From contig NZ_CP046533.1 in the NCBI RefSeq assembly GCF_014857065.1, positions 210,001 to 242,000 of the forward strand: 32,000 nucleotides of DNA, given 5' to 3'. The notes beneath the pieces were generated by a model. That model saw only the letters and a list, made by a program, of their open reading frames with translations. It made no database searches and was not told where the DNA came from. A program made the translations under genes and the position numbers. The DNA comes from Candidatus Saccharimonadota bacterium (lineage in GTDB: Bacteria; Pseudomonadota; Gammaproteobacteria; Enterobacterales; Enterobacteriaceae). Of this stretch, positions 19,746 through 29,094 are shown piece by piece; position 1 is the first letter of the stretch, and each line of letters begins with the position of its first letter.

Positions 19746-21209
19746 TTATTTGATCATTCTTATAGGACGATATATTTTAACATTTCTGAATCCTTGTTCA
19801 TATAAATAATTTGCTTGAATTCTACTCATTATACCATGATCACAATAAAGTAAGTAAAACTTATTAGCATCCAAATTACCAAATTGACTAGCTAATTTGT
19901 AAAACGGTAATTTTTGTATCTTTATATTGACTAAATCAAGTGGATTATTTTCTTGTTCTTCTTCTCTACGTATATCTAAAACTATTTCTTCACAACCTAC
20001 TTTACTTGTAATTTCAATATCTAATAGATCATCTTTAGAATAAGATAATATATCTTTGATATTAAAAACTTGTATCTGTGTAAAAATTTCATCAAATACT
20101 AAATAATTAATTTTTTTTTCCTGTAGCTCTATTTTAAAACGATCTCCTGCTATAGTGGGATGATTAGAAAAAAAACCACAATATTCTGGAACAGAATCAA
20201 CAATTTTCTCAACGCCGATCTTTCTGGCAATCGAAATAATTTGTTCTTTATCATAAGAAATCAAAGGACGTAAAACCAAAACATCAGAAGCTATATCAAT
20301 TAAATGTAAATTAATTAAAGTTTGACTAGATACTTGCCCTACCGATTCTCCTGTTATCAACGCTTGCATATTATGACGTACAGCTATAGATGCTGAAATG
20401 CGTAGCATCATCCGCTTTAGCACTATCATTACATTACGAATATCTATTTTTTGAATAATTTCGTTTACTAATGGTAAAAAATTAACAACAAAAAACAATA
20501 CTTTATGCGAACTACCAAATTGAGTCCATAAAGAATAAGCTATTTTTTTTATAGCAACTACATGTAAAGAATCACCAAAATTAAAAAAACAATAATTTAC
20601 TTTACAACCTCTTCTCATTAACATATAACTAGAAACAGCTGAATCAAAGCCTCCAGAAAGCAAAGACAACACATTACCTTGCGTACCCAATGGGAAACCT
20701 CCTATTCCCTGATAACGTTCAATTATCAAAAAAAAACGATTTTTATTAATTTCTAGAAATACTGTTATTTCTGGATTTTTTAAATTAACACGAGTACCCC
20801 TAATATTCTTAATTATAAAAGCACCAATATAACATTCAATATCTTGAGAAGTAAAAATATGTTCTCCATGACGCTTTACTCGAACACAAAAAGCCTTACC
20901 TACAAGTTTATTATAATTTACTGATATAGTTTTTAACCCGATATCATGAATAGAAGCAAACAAATATTCTTCAACCAACCAAATTCTAGAAATACCGGGA
21001 ATATTAATTAACAAATTCACAACTCCTAAAAAAAAATTATTATCCTTTATTTGTAATTCAATATAATCCCAATAACGTGTTAAAAATACTAAATAATTAT
21101 GTTGCTTTAAAACTATTCGAATATTCTGAACAAGGGATCTCGAAAAAGATAATCTTACAAAACGACTCTTTATTGTAATTTCAGGAGATAATTTTAGTAT
21201 TAATTTCAT
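19746..21209 (-). CDS. thiI: tRNA 4-thiouridine(8) synthase / thiazole sulfur carrier ThiI
   Basis: 487 aa with an ATG start. It has the THUMP-type N-terminus, PP-loop SGGFDS, and a C-terminal rhodanese domain with the active Cys in YCDHGIMS (E. coli YCQKGVMS). Confidence 0.95.
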   Translation of the reverse strand: MKLILKLSPEITIKSRFVRLSFSRSLVQNIRIVLKQHNYLVFLTRYWDYIELQIKDNNFFLGVVNLLINIPGISRIWLVEEYLFASIHDIGLKTISVNYNKLVGKAFCVRVKRHGEHIFTSQDIECYIGAFIIKNIRGTRVNLKNPEITVFLEINKNRFFLIIERYQGIGGFPLGTQGNVLSLLSGGFDSAVSSYMLMRRGCKVNYCFFNFGDSLHVVAIKKIAYSLWTQFGSSHKVLFFVVNFLPLVNEIIQKIDIRNVMIVLKRMMLRISASIAVRHNMQALITGESVGQVSSQTLINLHLIDIASDVLVLRPLISYDKEQIISIARKIGVEKIVDSVPEYCGFFSNHPTIAGDRFKIELQEKKINYLVFDEIFTQIQVFNIKDILSYSKDDLLDIEITSKVGCEEIVLDIRREEEQENNPLDLVNIKIQKLPFYKLASQFGNLDANKFYLLYCDHGIMSRIQANYLYEQGFRNVKIYRPIRMIK

Positions 21210-21673
21210 AAATTCTGTGACACTATTACAATAATATATAATTTATTAATATTTCTATATACTTTACTATATTATAAAGAGAATACTCAAATTAACTACA
21301 AAATTACAAAAAACCTAAATATACATCTAAACATAACTTACAACCAAAATCTTCCATAAAATAAAACATATTTACGATTATCCCCTAACTAATAACAATT
21401 CATTAACACCAAGCAAAATATTCTAAAAAATAAGATACTCATCGATCTTAAATTAAGTAGATCCAAAAAAATTAGATAAATAAATACATTAAATACTATA
21501 TTAGCTAATTAATTTAATATAATTAATAAAATATATTGATACACAACAAAATAATGAAACCAAAAATAACTTTTGTAATAATTTTATCCTAAAAATAAAT
21601 AAAGTATATCTCAATGAATCTTAAATATATTATTAAAAATTAACAAATACCCTATAATTATTTAAAATATAAA

Positions 21674-21701
21674 TTTTTAAGGATTAGTATATCCTTAAAA
21701 A
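21674..21701. repeat. inverted repeat, 11-bp stem and 6-nt loop (TTTTTAAGGAT-TAGTAT-ATCCTTAAAAA); function unknown
   Basis: Perfect complementarity checked by hand. It sits mid-spacer between thiI and dxs. An AAGGAT/ATCCTT core is flanked by T5 and A5, giving a symmetric terminator-like shape, but it is very AT-rich. Confidence 0.4.
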
Positions 21702-22035
21702 CAATTTATATAAAAATTAACGTAAGAAAAAGTTTAAAACATCAAAATCACTTAATAATTACGTTACAACAATCGAAATAACTTTTAAAATAAAATAGCA
21801 TTGCAAATAATATTTGAAATAGAATCTAAAAACATCACAATTAAAATAAACAGTAAATAAAATTATTTTATTTAAAAGAAAATAAAGATAAAAAAAACTA
21901 CATTATACATAGTTATAATCAAATTTAAAAAAATTTTCAAAACAAAATATAATACTATGATCTAATCAAAACTAGCACATTAAATTATTGAAGACAAATC
22001 ATAAAATTATGATTACACATAAATAAAGTTAAACA

Positions 22036-23922
22036 ATGAAATTTAATAATAAAAAATATCCAATTTTAGCCTTAATCAATAACCCTACAGACTTAAGACA
22101 ACTATCCGAAAATTCTTTAATATCAGTATGTAATGAACTACGACAGTTTTTATTAGATATTGTAAGCCAATCTAGTGGACATTTTGCTTCTGGACTAGGT
22201 GTTATAGAACTCACAGTAGCTCTCCACTATATATATAATACCCCTTTTGACTATTTAATTTGGGATGTTGGACATCAAACATATCCTCATAAAATTATTA
22301 CTGGAAGACGTGATGCTATATTTACAATTAGACAATACGGTGGATTACATCCATTTCCTTGTAGAGAAGAAAGTAAATATGACATTTTATCGGTTGGCCA
22401 TTCTTCCACATCCATAAGCGCAGGAGTTGGTCTAGCAATGATTGAAAAACGAGAAATGTTAGGACGTAAAATTGTATCTATAATAGGTGATGGAGCAATA
22501 TCATCTGGCATAGCATTTGAAGCTATGAATCATGCTGGAGATATCAAAAGCGATCTACTAATAATATTAAATGATAACGAAATGTCAATTTCAAAAAATG
22601 TAGGAGCTTTAAACAATCACTTAGCACAAATATTATCTGGAAAATTTTGTTCTAAAATGCACAAAAATAGCAAAAAAGTTCTATTAAAAACTCCATTTTT
22701 AAAAAAAATATTAAGATATATAGGAAAATATATTAAAAAGATGATATTTCCTAATACCTTATTTAAAGAATTAGGATTTAACTATATTGGTCCAATAGAT
22801 GGTCATAATATATTTACATTAACCAAAACACTAAAAAATATAAAAAATATGAAGGGACCTCAATTCCTACATATAACAACAAAAAAAGGTTATGGTTATA
22901 AGCCAGCTGAAAAAGATCCAATTACTTGGCATGCTGTTCCCAAATTTAATCCTATAACCGGTCAAATGCAAAAAAATCATAATCAAAATTTGACTTATTC
23001 TGAAATTTTTGGCAATTGGTTATGTAATGTTGCATCTAATGATAAAAAATTAATAGTCATTACGCCAGCAATGCGTGAAGGATCTGGATTAAACACATTT
23101 TCACAACAATATCCTGATCAATATTTCGATGTAGCAATTGCTGAACAACATGCAGTGACTTTTGCTGCAGGTTTAGCTATCGGTGGATATAAACCAATCG
23201 TTGCCATATATTCTACTTTTTTACAAAGAGCATATGATCAAGTAATTCATGATATCGCTCTTCAAAATTTGCCTGTACTATTTGCTGTAGATAGAGCTGG
23301 AATTGTTGGACATGATGGACAAACACATCAAGGAGCATTCGATATTTCTTATTTACGCTGTATTCCAAATATAATAATAATGACTCCAAGTGATGAAAAC
23401 GAGTGTAGACTTATGTTACATACTGGATATCACTATAAACACGGACCAACAGTGGTGCGTTATCCTAGAGAGATAGGTACAGGAGTAACATTTAGTAATC
23501 TCTGTGAACTGCCAATAAGTAAAGGAATAATATGTAGAAAAGGTGAAAATGTTGCAATACTTAATTTTGGTACTCTTTTATCACAAATAAAGAATGTAGC
23601 AACAAATTTTAATGCAACTCTAATAGACATGAGATTTGTTAAACCTTTAGATGAAAATTTACTAATAGAAACTGTTAACAAGCACAAAGCATTAGTAACA
23701 ATAGAAGAAAACGTCATTTTAGGTGGTGCAGGAAGTGGAGTCAATGAGTTTTTGATGGAAAAAAAACTACTATTACCAGTTCTAAATATCGGACTACCAG
23801 ATCATTTTATCACTCATGGATCTAGACAAGAAATTCTTTCAAACTTGGGACTTGATACTATAGGTATTTATAAAAAAATCAAATCATGGTTAAAAACCAT
23901 ACATTTACTCCAAATACAATAG
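22036..23922 (+). CDS. dxs: 1-deoxy-D-xylulose-5-phosphate synthase
   Basis: 628 aa with an ATG start. [31 protein letters not shown] and the TPP motif [22 protein letters not shown] are present. Confidence 0.97.
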   Translation: MKFNNKKYPILALINNPTDLRQLSENSLISVCNELRQFLLDIVSQSSGHFASGLGVIELTVALHYIYNTPFDYLIWDVGHQTYPHKIITGRRDAIFTIRQYGGLHPFPCREESKYDILSVGHSSTSISAGVGLAMIEKREMLGRKIVSIIGDGAISSGIAFEAMNHAGDIKSDLLIILNDNEMSISKNVGALNNHLAQILSGKFCSKMHKNSKKVLLKTPFLKKILRYIGKYIKKMIFPNTLFKELGFNYIGPIDGHNIFTLTKTLKNIKNMKGPQFLHITTKKGYGYKPAEKDPITWHAVPKFNPITGQMQKNHNQNLTYSEIFGNWLCNVASNDKKLIVITPAMREGSGLNTFSQQYPDQYFDVAIAEQHAVTFAAGLAIGGYKPIVAIYSTFLQRAYDQVIHDIALQNLPVLFAVDRAGIVGHDGQTHQGAFDISYLRCIPNIIIMTPSDENECRLMLHTGYHYKHGPTVVRYPREIGTGVTFSNLCELPISKGIICRKGENVAILNFGTLLSQIKNVATNFNATLIDMRFVKPLDENLLIETVNKHKALVTIEENVILGGAGSGVNEFLMEKKLLLPVLNIGLPDHFITHGSRQEILSNLGLDTIGIYKKIKSWLKTIHLLQIQ

Positions 23923-24022
23923 CATTGTCATTCAAGCAAACTAAATAGAATCCAAGCTATATTAAGAATATTAACAATTTTATAATCATACCTGAACTAT
24001 TAGATTATTTATTTTCTACAAA

Positions 24023-24484
24023 TTACAAGATAACATATAAAATAACAGAAGTTAACATTCCTGCTGCTATATCATCAATCATAATCCCAATACCACCTTT
24101 CATTACTTTATCTAACCAATTAATTGGCCAAGGTTTACATATATCCAAAATTCTAAATAAAAAAAAACTTAATGCTAAACAATACCAATGACTTGTTGGC
24201 ACTCCTGCTAATGCAATCCACATACCAATAAATTCATCCAAAACAATACTTTGATGATCATGAACACCAATATGTTTAGAAGTTTTATGACAACAGTAAC
24301 AACCAAAAATTAAGAAAAAGATTAATGTAAATAAATATAAATAATAAGAATATGAAATCAAAGATAACCAAACAAAAATAGCTAACAATGAAGCTATTGA
24401 TCCTGGCATATATGGTATCTTACCTATCCCAAATACAGTAGCTAATAAATGAAATAAACTAAATAACTGAATTTTTTTCTTCAT
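24023..24484 (-). CDS. pgpA: phosphatidylglycerophosphatase A
   Basis: I call the ATG at 24484 (MKKKIQLFSLFHLLATVFGIGKIPYMPGS). The ORF-track start at 24505 is a TTG seven codons upstream. GVHDHQSIVLDEFIGMW and ILDICKPWPI match E. coli PgpA. The start is uncertain. Confidence 0.88.
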   Translation of the reverse strand: MKKKIQLFSLFHLLATVFGIGKIPYMPGSIASLLAIFVWLSLISYSYYLYLFTLIFFLIFGCYCCHKTSKHIGVHDHQSIVLDEFIGMWIALAGVPTSHWYCLALSFFLFRILDICKPWPINWLDKVMKGGIGIMIDDIAAGMLTSVILYVIL

Positions 24485-24548
24485 ACTAATAAAATATTTA
24501 CTCAATTCTTTATATAAACCTCAATAAAATTTCAATTATCTGAATAAA

Positions 24549-24995
24549 TTATTTGCTATTTGTACGTATTTGCAAAGCAACTTTATCAAGAACACCATTT
24601 ACAAATTTATGACTTTTTTCTGCACCAAAAATTTTAGCCAATTCTATTGCTTCATTAATTATTACTTTATATGGAACATCTAGACATTCACTTAATTCAA
24701 ACAACGCAATACGTAAAATAATTCTTTCAATACAACCTAATTGATTTATCTTACGAGATAAATAAGGCGACATTAATTCATCAAGTTCCTGTGTATGATT
24801 AGTCACGCCAATATACAGTTTTTGAAAATAAAAAATATTAACATTATTCATGTTCTGATCTATTACAAAATTAACTTCAATATCCTTAATATCATAATTG
24901 GATATCTCCCATGAATACAGAATTTGCAAAGCACGTTCACGAGCTAAACGTCTATTAGAATAAATTTTCCCAAAAACTTTTTTATTTATATTCAT
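24549..24995 (-). CDS. nusB: transcription antitermination factor NusB
   Basis: I call the ATG at 24995 (MNINKK); the ORF-track start at 25001 is a [18 protein letters not shown] and [32 protein letters not shown] match E. coli NusB. It overlaps the ribH 3' end by 14 nt. Confidence 0.93.
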   Translation of the reverse strand: MNINKKVFGKIYSNRRLARERALQILYSWEISNYDIKDIEVNFVIDQNMNNVNIFYFQKLYIGVTNHTQELDELMSPYLSRKINQLGCIERIILRIALFELSECLDVPYKVIINEAIELAKIFGAEKSHKFVNGVLDKVALQIRTNSK

Positions 24996-25467
24996 TTTCA
25001 ATGTGAATAGCTTTTAATACATTAATCATCTCTAACACGGTCATTGCTGCTGCTGCTCCCTTATTATTACCTTTTATACCAACACGCTCAATAGCTTGAT
25101 CAATATTATCAGTAGTCAATACCCCGAAAGCAATAGGTAATAAACTATTCATAGCAATTTTAGATAAAGATATACTACAAGTATTAGAGATAAATTCAAA
25201 ATGTGCAGTATCACCTCTAATAACTGTCCCCAAAGCTATTATTGCATCATATTTATGAGTATTTACTAATGCTAACACCGCAACAGGTAGTTCGTAAGTA
25301 CCAGGAACCCAAACAACAACAATATTATTATCCTGAACGTGACCAATACGCTTCAAAACATCAATAGCACCTTCAAGTAAACTATTATTAATAAATTTAT
25401 TAAATCGAACAACAACAATCGCAACACATGCACTAGGTGATGTAACAATACCTTGAATAATTTTCAT
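24982..25467 (-). CDS. ribH: 6,7-dimethyl-8-ribityllumazine synthase
   Basis: The ATG at 25467 is preceded by GAGGA (rc AATGAGGAATATTATG) and gives [42 protein letters not shown] (E. coli [42 protein letters not shown]). The ORF-track start at 25479 lies inside the SD region. Confidence 0.94.
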   Translation of the reverse strand: MKIIQGIVTSPSACVAIVVVRFNKFINNSLLEGAIDVLKRIGHVQDNNIVVVWVPGTYELPVAVLALVNTHKYDAIIALGTVIRGDTAHFEFISNTCSISLSKIAMNSLLPIAFGVLTTDNIDQAIERVGIKGNNKGAAAAMTVLEMINVLKAIHIENEYK

Positions 25468-25537
25468 AATATTCCTCATTTATATAGATTGTACATGCTT
25501 ATCATTAAATTATTTTATTAAGATTCGTGCATTAAAA

Positions 25538-26674
25538 TTACAAAAAATTATCTTTTTTTATTGGTCTTAATTGTAAACATAAATCTGGCCCAATCTGCCG
25601 AACATTAAGTAATCTAAAAGACATTGCTTCACTAAGATGTTGTATCTTAGGTAAAATACACAATGGTCTTGCATCAGCACCAAGTAATTTAGGAGTTTGA
25701 TAAATTACTAATTCATCAACTAAACCTGCACTCAATAAAGCTCCAGAAAGGCTAGCGCCAGCTTCTACCAAAAGATTGTTTATCTCACGATAAGCAAGTT
25801 GTTTCATCAATGCAAATAAATTTAATCTTTTTATGCCATTATAATATACTGAAGGCAAAATTAACTGCTCAACACAAGATGGCCAAGTATAATTGTCTTT
25901 ACATAAGCGAGCCAGCCATACTTTTCTTGAGCCTTGAATAATTTTACAAGAAGGAGTAATTCGGTTAGCAGTATCTATAATCACTTTTATTGGTTGTCGA
26001 AAATGTTTAAAATTATAAATATTTCTTATTTTTTCTGGTAAAGCAGTCCAACGAACATTTAGTAAAGCATTATCTGTCAATACAGTAACAGCACTTGAAA
26101 GTACTGCATCACTTTCAGCACGTAATATTTGAACATCTTGACGAGATAAATCGGATGTAATCCATTGACTTACTCCATTTTTCATGGCAGTACGGCCATC
26201 TAAAGTCATAGCTAATTTTAACTTTACCCATGGGAAACCTGTACGCATACGCTTAAAAAAACCTTTATTTATTTTTTCTCCTGTAGATAACATTAAACCA
26301 TGACGTACTTTAATACCAACTTTACTTAAATAAGTTATTCCGTTTCCTTTTACATAAGGATTAGGATCTAATGTTGATATTACAACTTCTGATACTCCTG
26401 CTTTTAATAATGCAATTGTACAAGGAGGTGTACGTCCATAATGATTACATGGCTCAAGAGTGACATATACGGTTGAACCACAAGCATTGCTACCTGCCGA
26501 ACCTAATGCTATCACTTCTGCATGATCTTCTCCTATCCGAAGATGATAACCTTCACCAACAATTTTATTATTTAAAATTACAACACATCCAACATTAGGA
26601 TTTGGTGAAGTAGTAAAACGACCACGTAAAGCTAAAGTAAAAGCACGAGACAAAAATATTTCATCATTTAACAT
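25538..26674 (-). CDS. ribD: bifunctional riboflavin biosynthesis protein RibD (pyrimidine deaminase / uracil reductase)
   Basis: 378 aa with an ATG start. The zinc deaminase motifs HAEVIAL and PCNHYGRTPPC are present, along with a C-terminal reductase domain (KLAMTLDGRTA, LLVEAG). Confidence 0.95.
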   Translation of the reverse strand: MLNDEIFLSRAFTLALRGRFTTSPNPNVGCVVILNNKIVGEGYHLRIGEDHAEVIALGSAGSNACGSTVYVTLEPCNHYGRTPPCTIALLKAGVSEVVISTLDPNPYVKGNGITYLSKVGIKVRHGLMLSTGEKINKGFFKRMRTGFPWVKLKLAMTLDGRTAMKNGVSQWITSDLSRQDVQILRAESDAVLSSAVTVLTDNALLNVRWTALPEKIRNIYNFKHFRQPIKVIIDTANRITPSCKIIQGSRKVWLARLCKDNYTWPSCVEQLILPSVYYNGIKRLNLFALMKQLAYREINNLLVEAGASLSGALLSAGLVDELVIYQTPKLLGADARPLCILPKIQHLSEAMSFRLLNVRQIGPDLCLQLRPIKKDNFL

Positions 26675-27339
26675 AAAAATAAATTAATTATTTTAATAAT
26701 TTATTATCAATTTGAATACAAAGATTAACCACATAAAACATAATTATTAAATTTTACTAAAACATATAATTATCTTGTAAAAGACATAACATGCTAATTT
26801 TCTTCACAAAATGTAAAACAATTAATTACTTAATTAAGCAAAGCCACCACATAAATAAATCATTAAAGTAATCAAAATTACTTATTAACATGAAATAATA
26901 ATTTATCAATCATAATAATCCAATGAACAAACTTATTATAAGATAATAAAATATTTTATATACAAAACAAAATAATAAAACAAATTCAACATACTTACTT
27001 TTAAAATATGAATATTTTATTATCTAAGTATAATACAGTTTATCTATTATTAAATTTACTTATTGTCACTAAATATAATATAAAGATAGATAAATTTTCA
27101 TCTAATAGTTAATAAGATGATTATTATCAAATATACAACAAAAATAAAAAAACACCAATTTTATTACTCGAAGTAATAACCAAGATTTTAATTAAAGATT
27201 CTTATTATACCTCGTTAAACAACAAGAAAATAATATTATCGATATCAGCAATTTAAATCATTTATTTAATAAATAAATTACTTAAAACACTATAACTTTC
27301 TAAAATTAGAATAACTTTCTTAATTTGAAGTAATAAAAT

Positions 27340-27672
27340 TTATAATTTTTTTATCGTACCTTTTGGCAAGATAGCCGTGATACAATCTTGTTTAACAATA
27401 ATTTCATCAGATTTATTAAAAGAAATAAAAATATATCCAGAATCTGTAATTTTAATCACTCTACCAACTAAACCTCCGCTAGTAAGCACTTCATCGCCTT
27501 TACAAATAGCATTTATTAATTCTCTATGTACTTTATTACGTTTTTGTTGGGGGCGAAAGATAATAAAATAAAAAATTAAAATAAACAATATTAATACAAT
27601 AATAAAAGAATAAGGACTACTTTGAGATGAAGAATCATTAAACGCAATAGCGTTAGTAACAAAAAGACTCAT
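27340..27672 (-). CDS. yajC: preprotein translocase accessory subunit YajC
   Basis: 110 aa. FYFIIFRPQQKRNKVHRELINAICKGDEVLTSGGLVGRV matches E. coli YajC (FYFMILRPQQKRTKEHKKLMDSIAKGDEVLTNGGLVGRV). Confidence 0.94.
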   Translation of the reverse strand: MSLFVTNAIAFNDSSSQSSPYSFIIVLILFILIFYFIIFRPQQKRNKVHRELINAICKGDEVLTSGGLVGRVIKITDSGYIFISFNKSDEIIVKQDCITAILPKGTIKKL

Positions 27673-28096
27673 TTAAAATACCCCGCACTGTTCTTATATA
27701 ATACAAACTCATTTATCAAACAACAAATAAAAAAATAGACAAATAAACTACCTTAATTTTCTAAATATATCTCTACGATAATAAATCTTCCTATGCATAT
27801 GGAATAACAAGGTCTAACAAAAATAGATTGAAAACATTATTAAATATAATAAATATTTATATTACAATTAGACTGTCGATAACTTAATTTACCATTTAAT
27901 GAAATAAATATTACACAGATTTTGCATAAATACTCTCATAATAATAGACAAAATTCAGGCCATTGATCAACTGTAACCAAGATCATTAAAAATATAAAGT
28001 AAAATAAAATCTTTACCGATATTAATTATTTAATTTATTACAAAATGAAATAAAATACTTCCAAACATACTGATAAAATTAATATTTAATATTAAA

Positions 28097-28138
28097 ATTC
28101 CTAAATGATATAAAATGTATTATATGTCATTTAGGAAT
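28097..28138. repeat. inverted repeat ATTCCTAAATGA-n18-TCATTTAGGAAT upstream of the peroxiredoxin gene
   Basis: The 12-bp arms are perfectly complementary (28097-28108 and 28127-28138), about 170 nt upstream of the ATG at 28309. Function is unknown, and chance occurrence in AT-rich DNA is not excluded. Confidence 0.35.
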
Positions 28139-28308
28139 GATCTAATATTTACATCACCCTAAACTTAATATCTTAATCAAAATTTAAAATAACATCATAA
28201 CAAATATGAAGCAACTAAATTTAATTTAGTTAATGACTAAATAAAACAATTTATATATACTTATTAAAGTAGTTTCTAATCAAATTTATTTATTTCAAGG
28301 AGTAAGTT

Positions 28309-28911
28309 ATGATGTTAGTATCTAGACCAGCCCCAGACTTTACCGCTCCTGCAGTATTACCAGATAATCAAATAATTGACAATTTTAATCTAAAAAAATA
28401 TATTAAAGATAGCCCGGCTGTTCTTTTCTTTTGGCCAATGGATTTTACTTTCGTTTGCCCTTCTGAATTAATTGCCTGTGATAAACGTTATATGAAATTT
28501 AAAAAACGAGGCGTAAAAATTATAGGCGTATCCTGTGATTCACAATTTACACACTATGCCTGGAAACAAGTCCCTATTAACAAAGGAGGCATTGGAAATA
28601 TACAGTATCCCATAGTAGCTGATATAAAACACGAAATTATAACTACATACGGAATTGAACACCCTTCATTAGGTGTCGCATTACGTAGTTCTTTTTTAAT
28701 TGACAAAACAGGCTATATACGTCATCAATCTACTAACGATTTAGCTTTAGGAAGAAATTTTGATGAAATGATTCGCATAATTGATGCAATGCAATTCCAC
28801 GAAGAAAACGGTTTAGTTTGTCCAGCCCAATGGGAAAGGAATAAAGAAGGCATAGAAGCTTCACCTAAAGGAATTGCAAACTTTTTAGATAAAAATTTCA
28901 AAGAATTATAA
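28309..28911 (+). CDS. ahpC: typical 2-Cys peroxiredoxin (AhpC/TsaA, 200-aa Prx1 type)
   Basis: A strong SD AAGGAG lies 6 nt before the ATG. The peroxidatic Cys sits in FWPMDFTFVCPSE and the resolving Cys in VCPAQW. It has the 200-aa architecture of the Yersinia/Buchnera-type protein rather than the 187-aa E. coli AhpC. Confidence 0.94.
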   Translation: MMLVSRPAPDFTAPAVLPDNQIIDNFNLKKYIKDSPAVLFFWPMDFTFVCPSELIACDKRYMKFKKRGVKIIGVSCDSQFTHYAWKQVPINKGGIGNIQYPIVADIKHEIITTYGIEHPSLGVALRSSFLIDKTGYIRHQSTNDLALGRNFDEMIRIIDAMQFHEENGLVCPAQWERNKEGIEASPKGIANFLDKNFKEL

Positions 28912-28933
28912 AACTCGATTTATTTAAGAAATA

Positions 28934-28987
28934 TACCTCCAACCAATAAATACGCTTATGCATAAGCGTATTTATTGGTTGGAGGTA
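28934..28987. terminator. perfect 54-bp palindrome (27-bp arms); candidate bidirectional terminator between ahpC and tRNA-Thr
   Basis: TACCTCCAACCAATAAATACGCTTATG|CATAAGCGTATTTATTGGTTGGAGGTA, with every pair checked and no mismatch. It lies 22 nt after the ahpC stop and 107 nt downstream of the tRNA 3' end. A U-rich tail (rc TATTTCTT) is present on the minus-strand side only. Confidence 0.45.
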
Positions 28988-29094
28988 GAACCTAATTCAT
29001 AAAATTTAATTCCAATTAAATAACCATAACAATGAAAAAATAATTATCAAAGCATACATTAAAACAAAATACTTTACTTCCAAATGTTTTAAAA

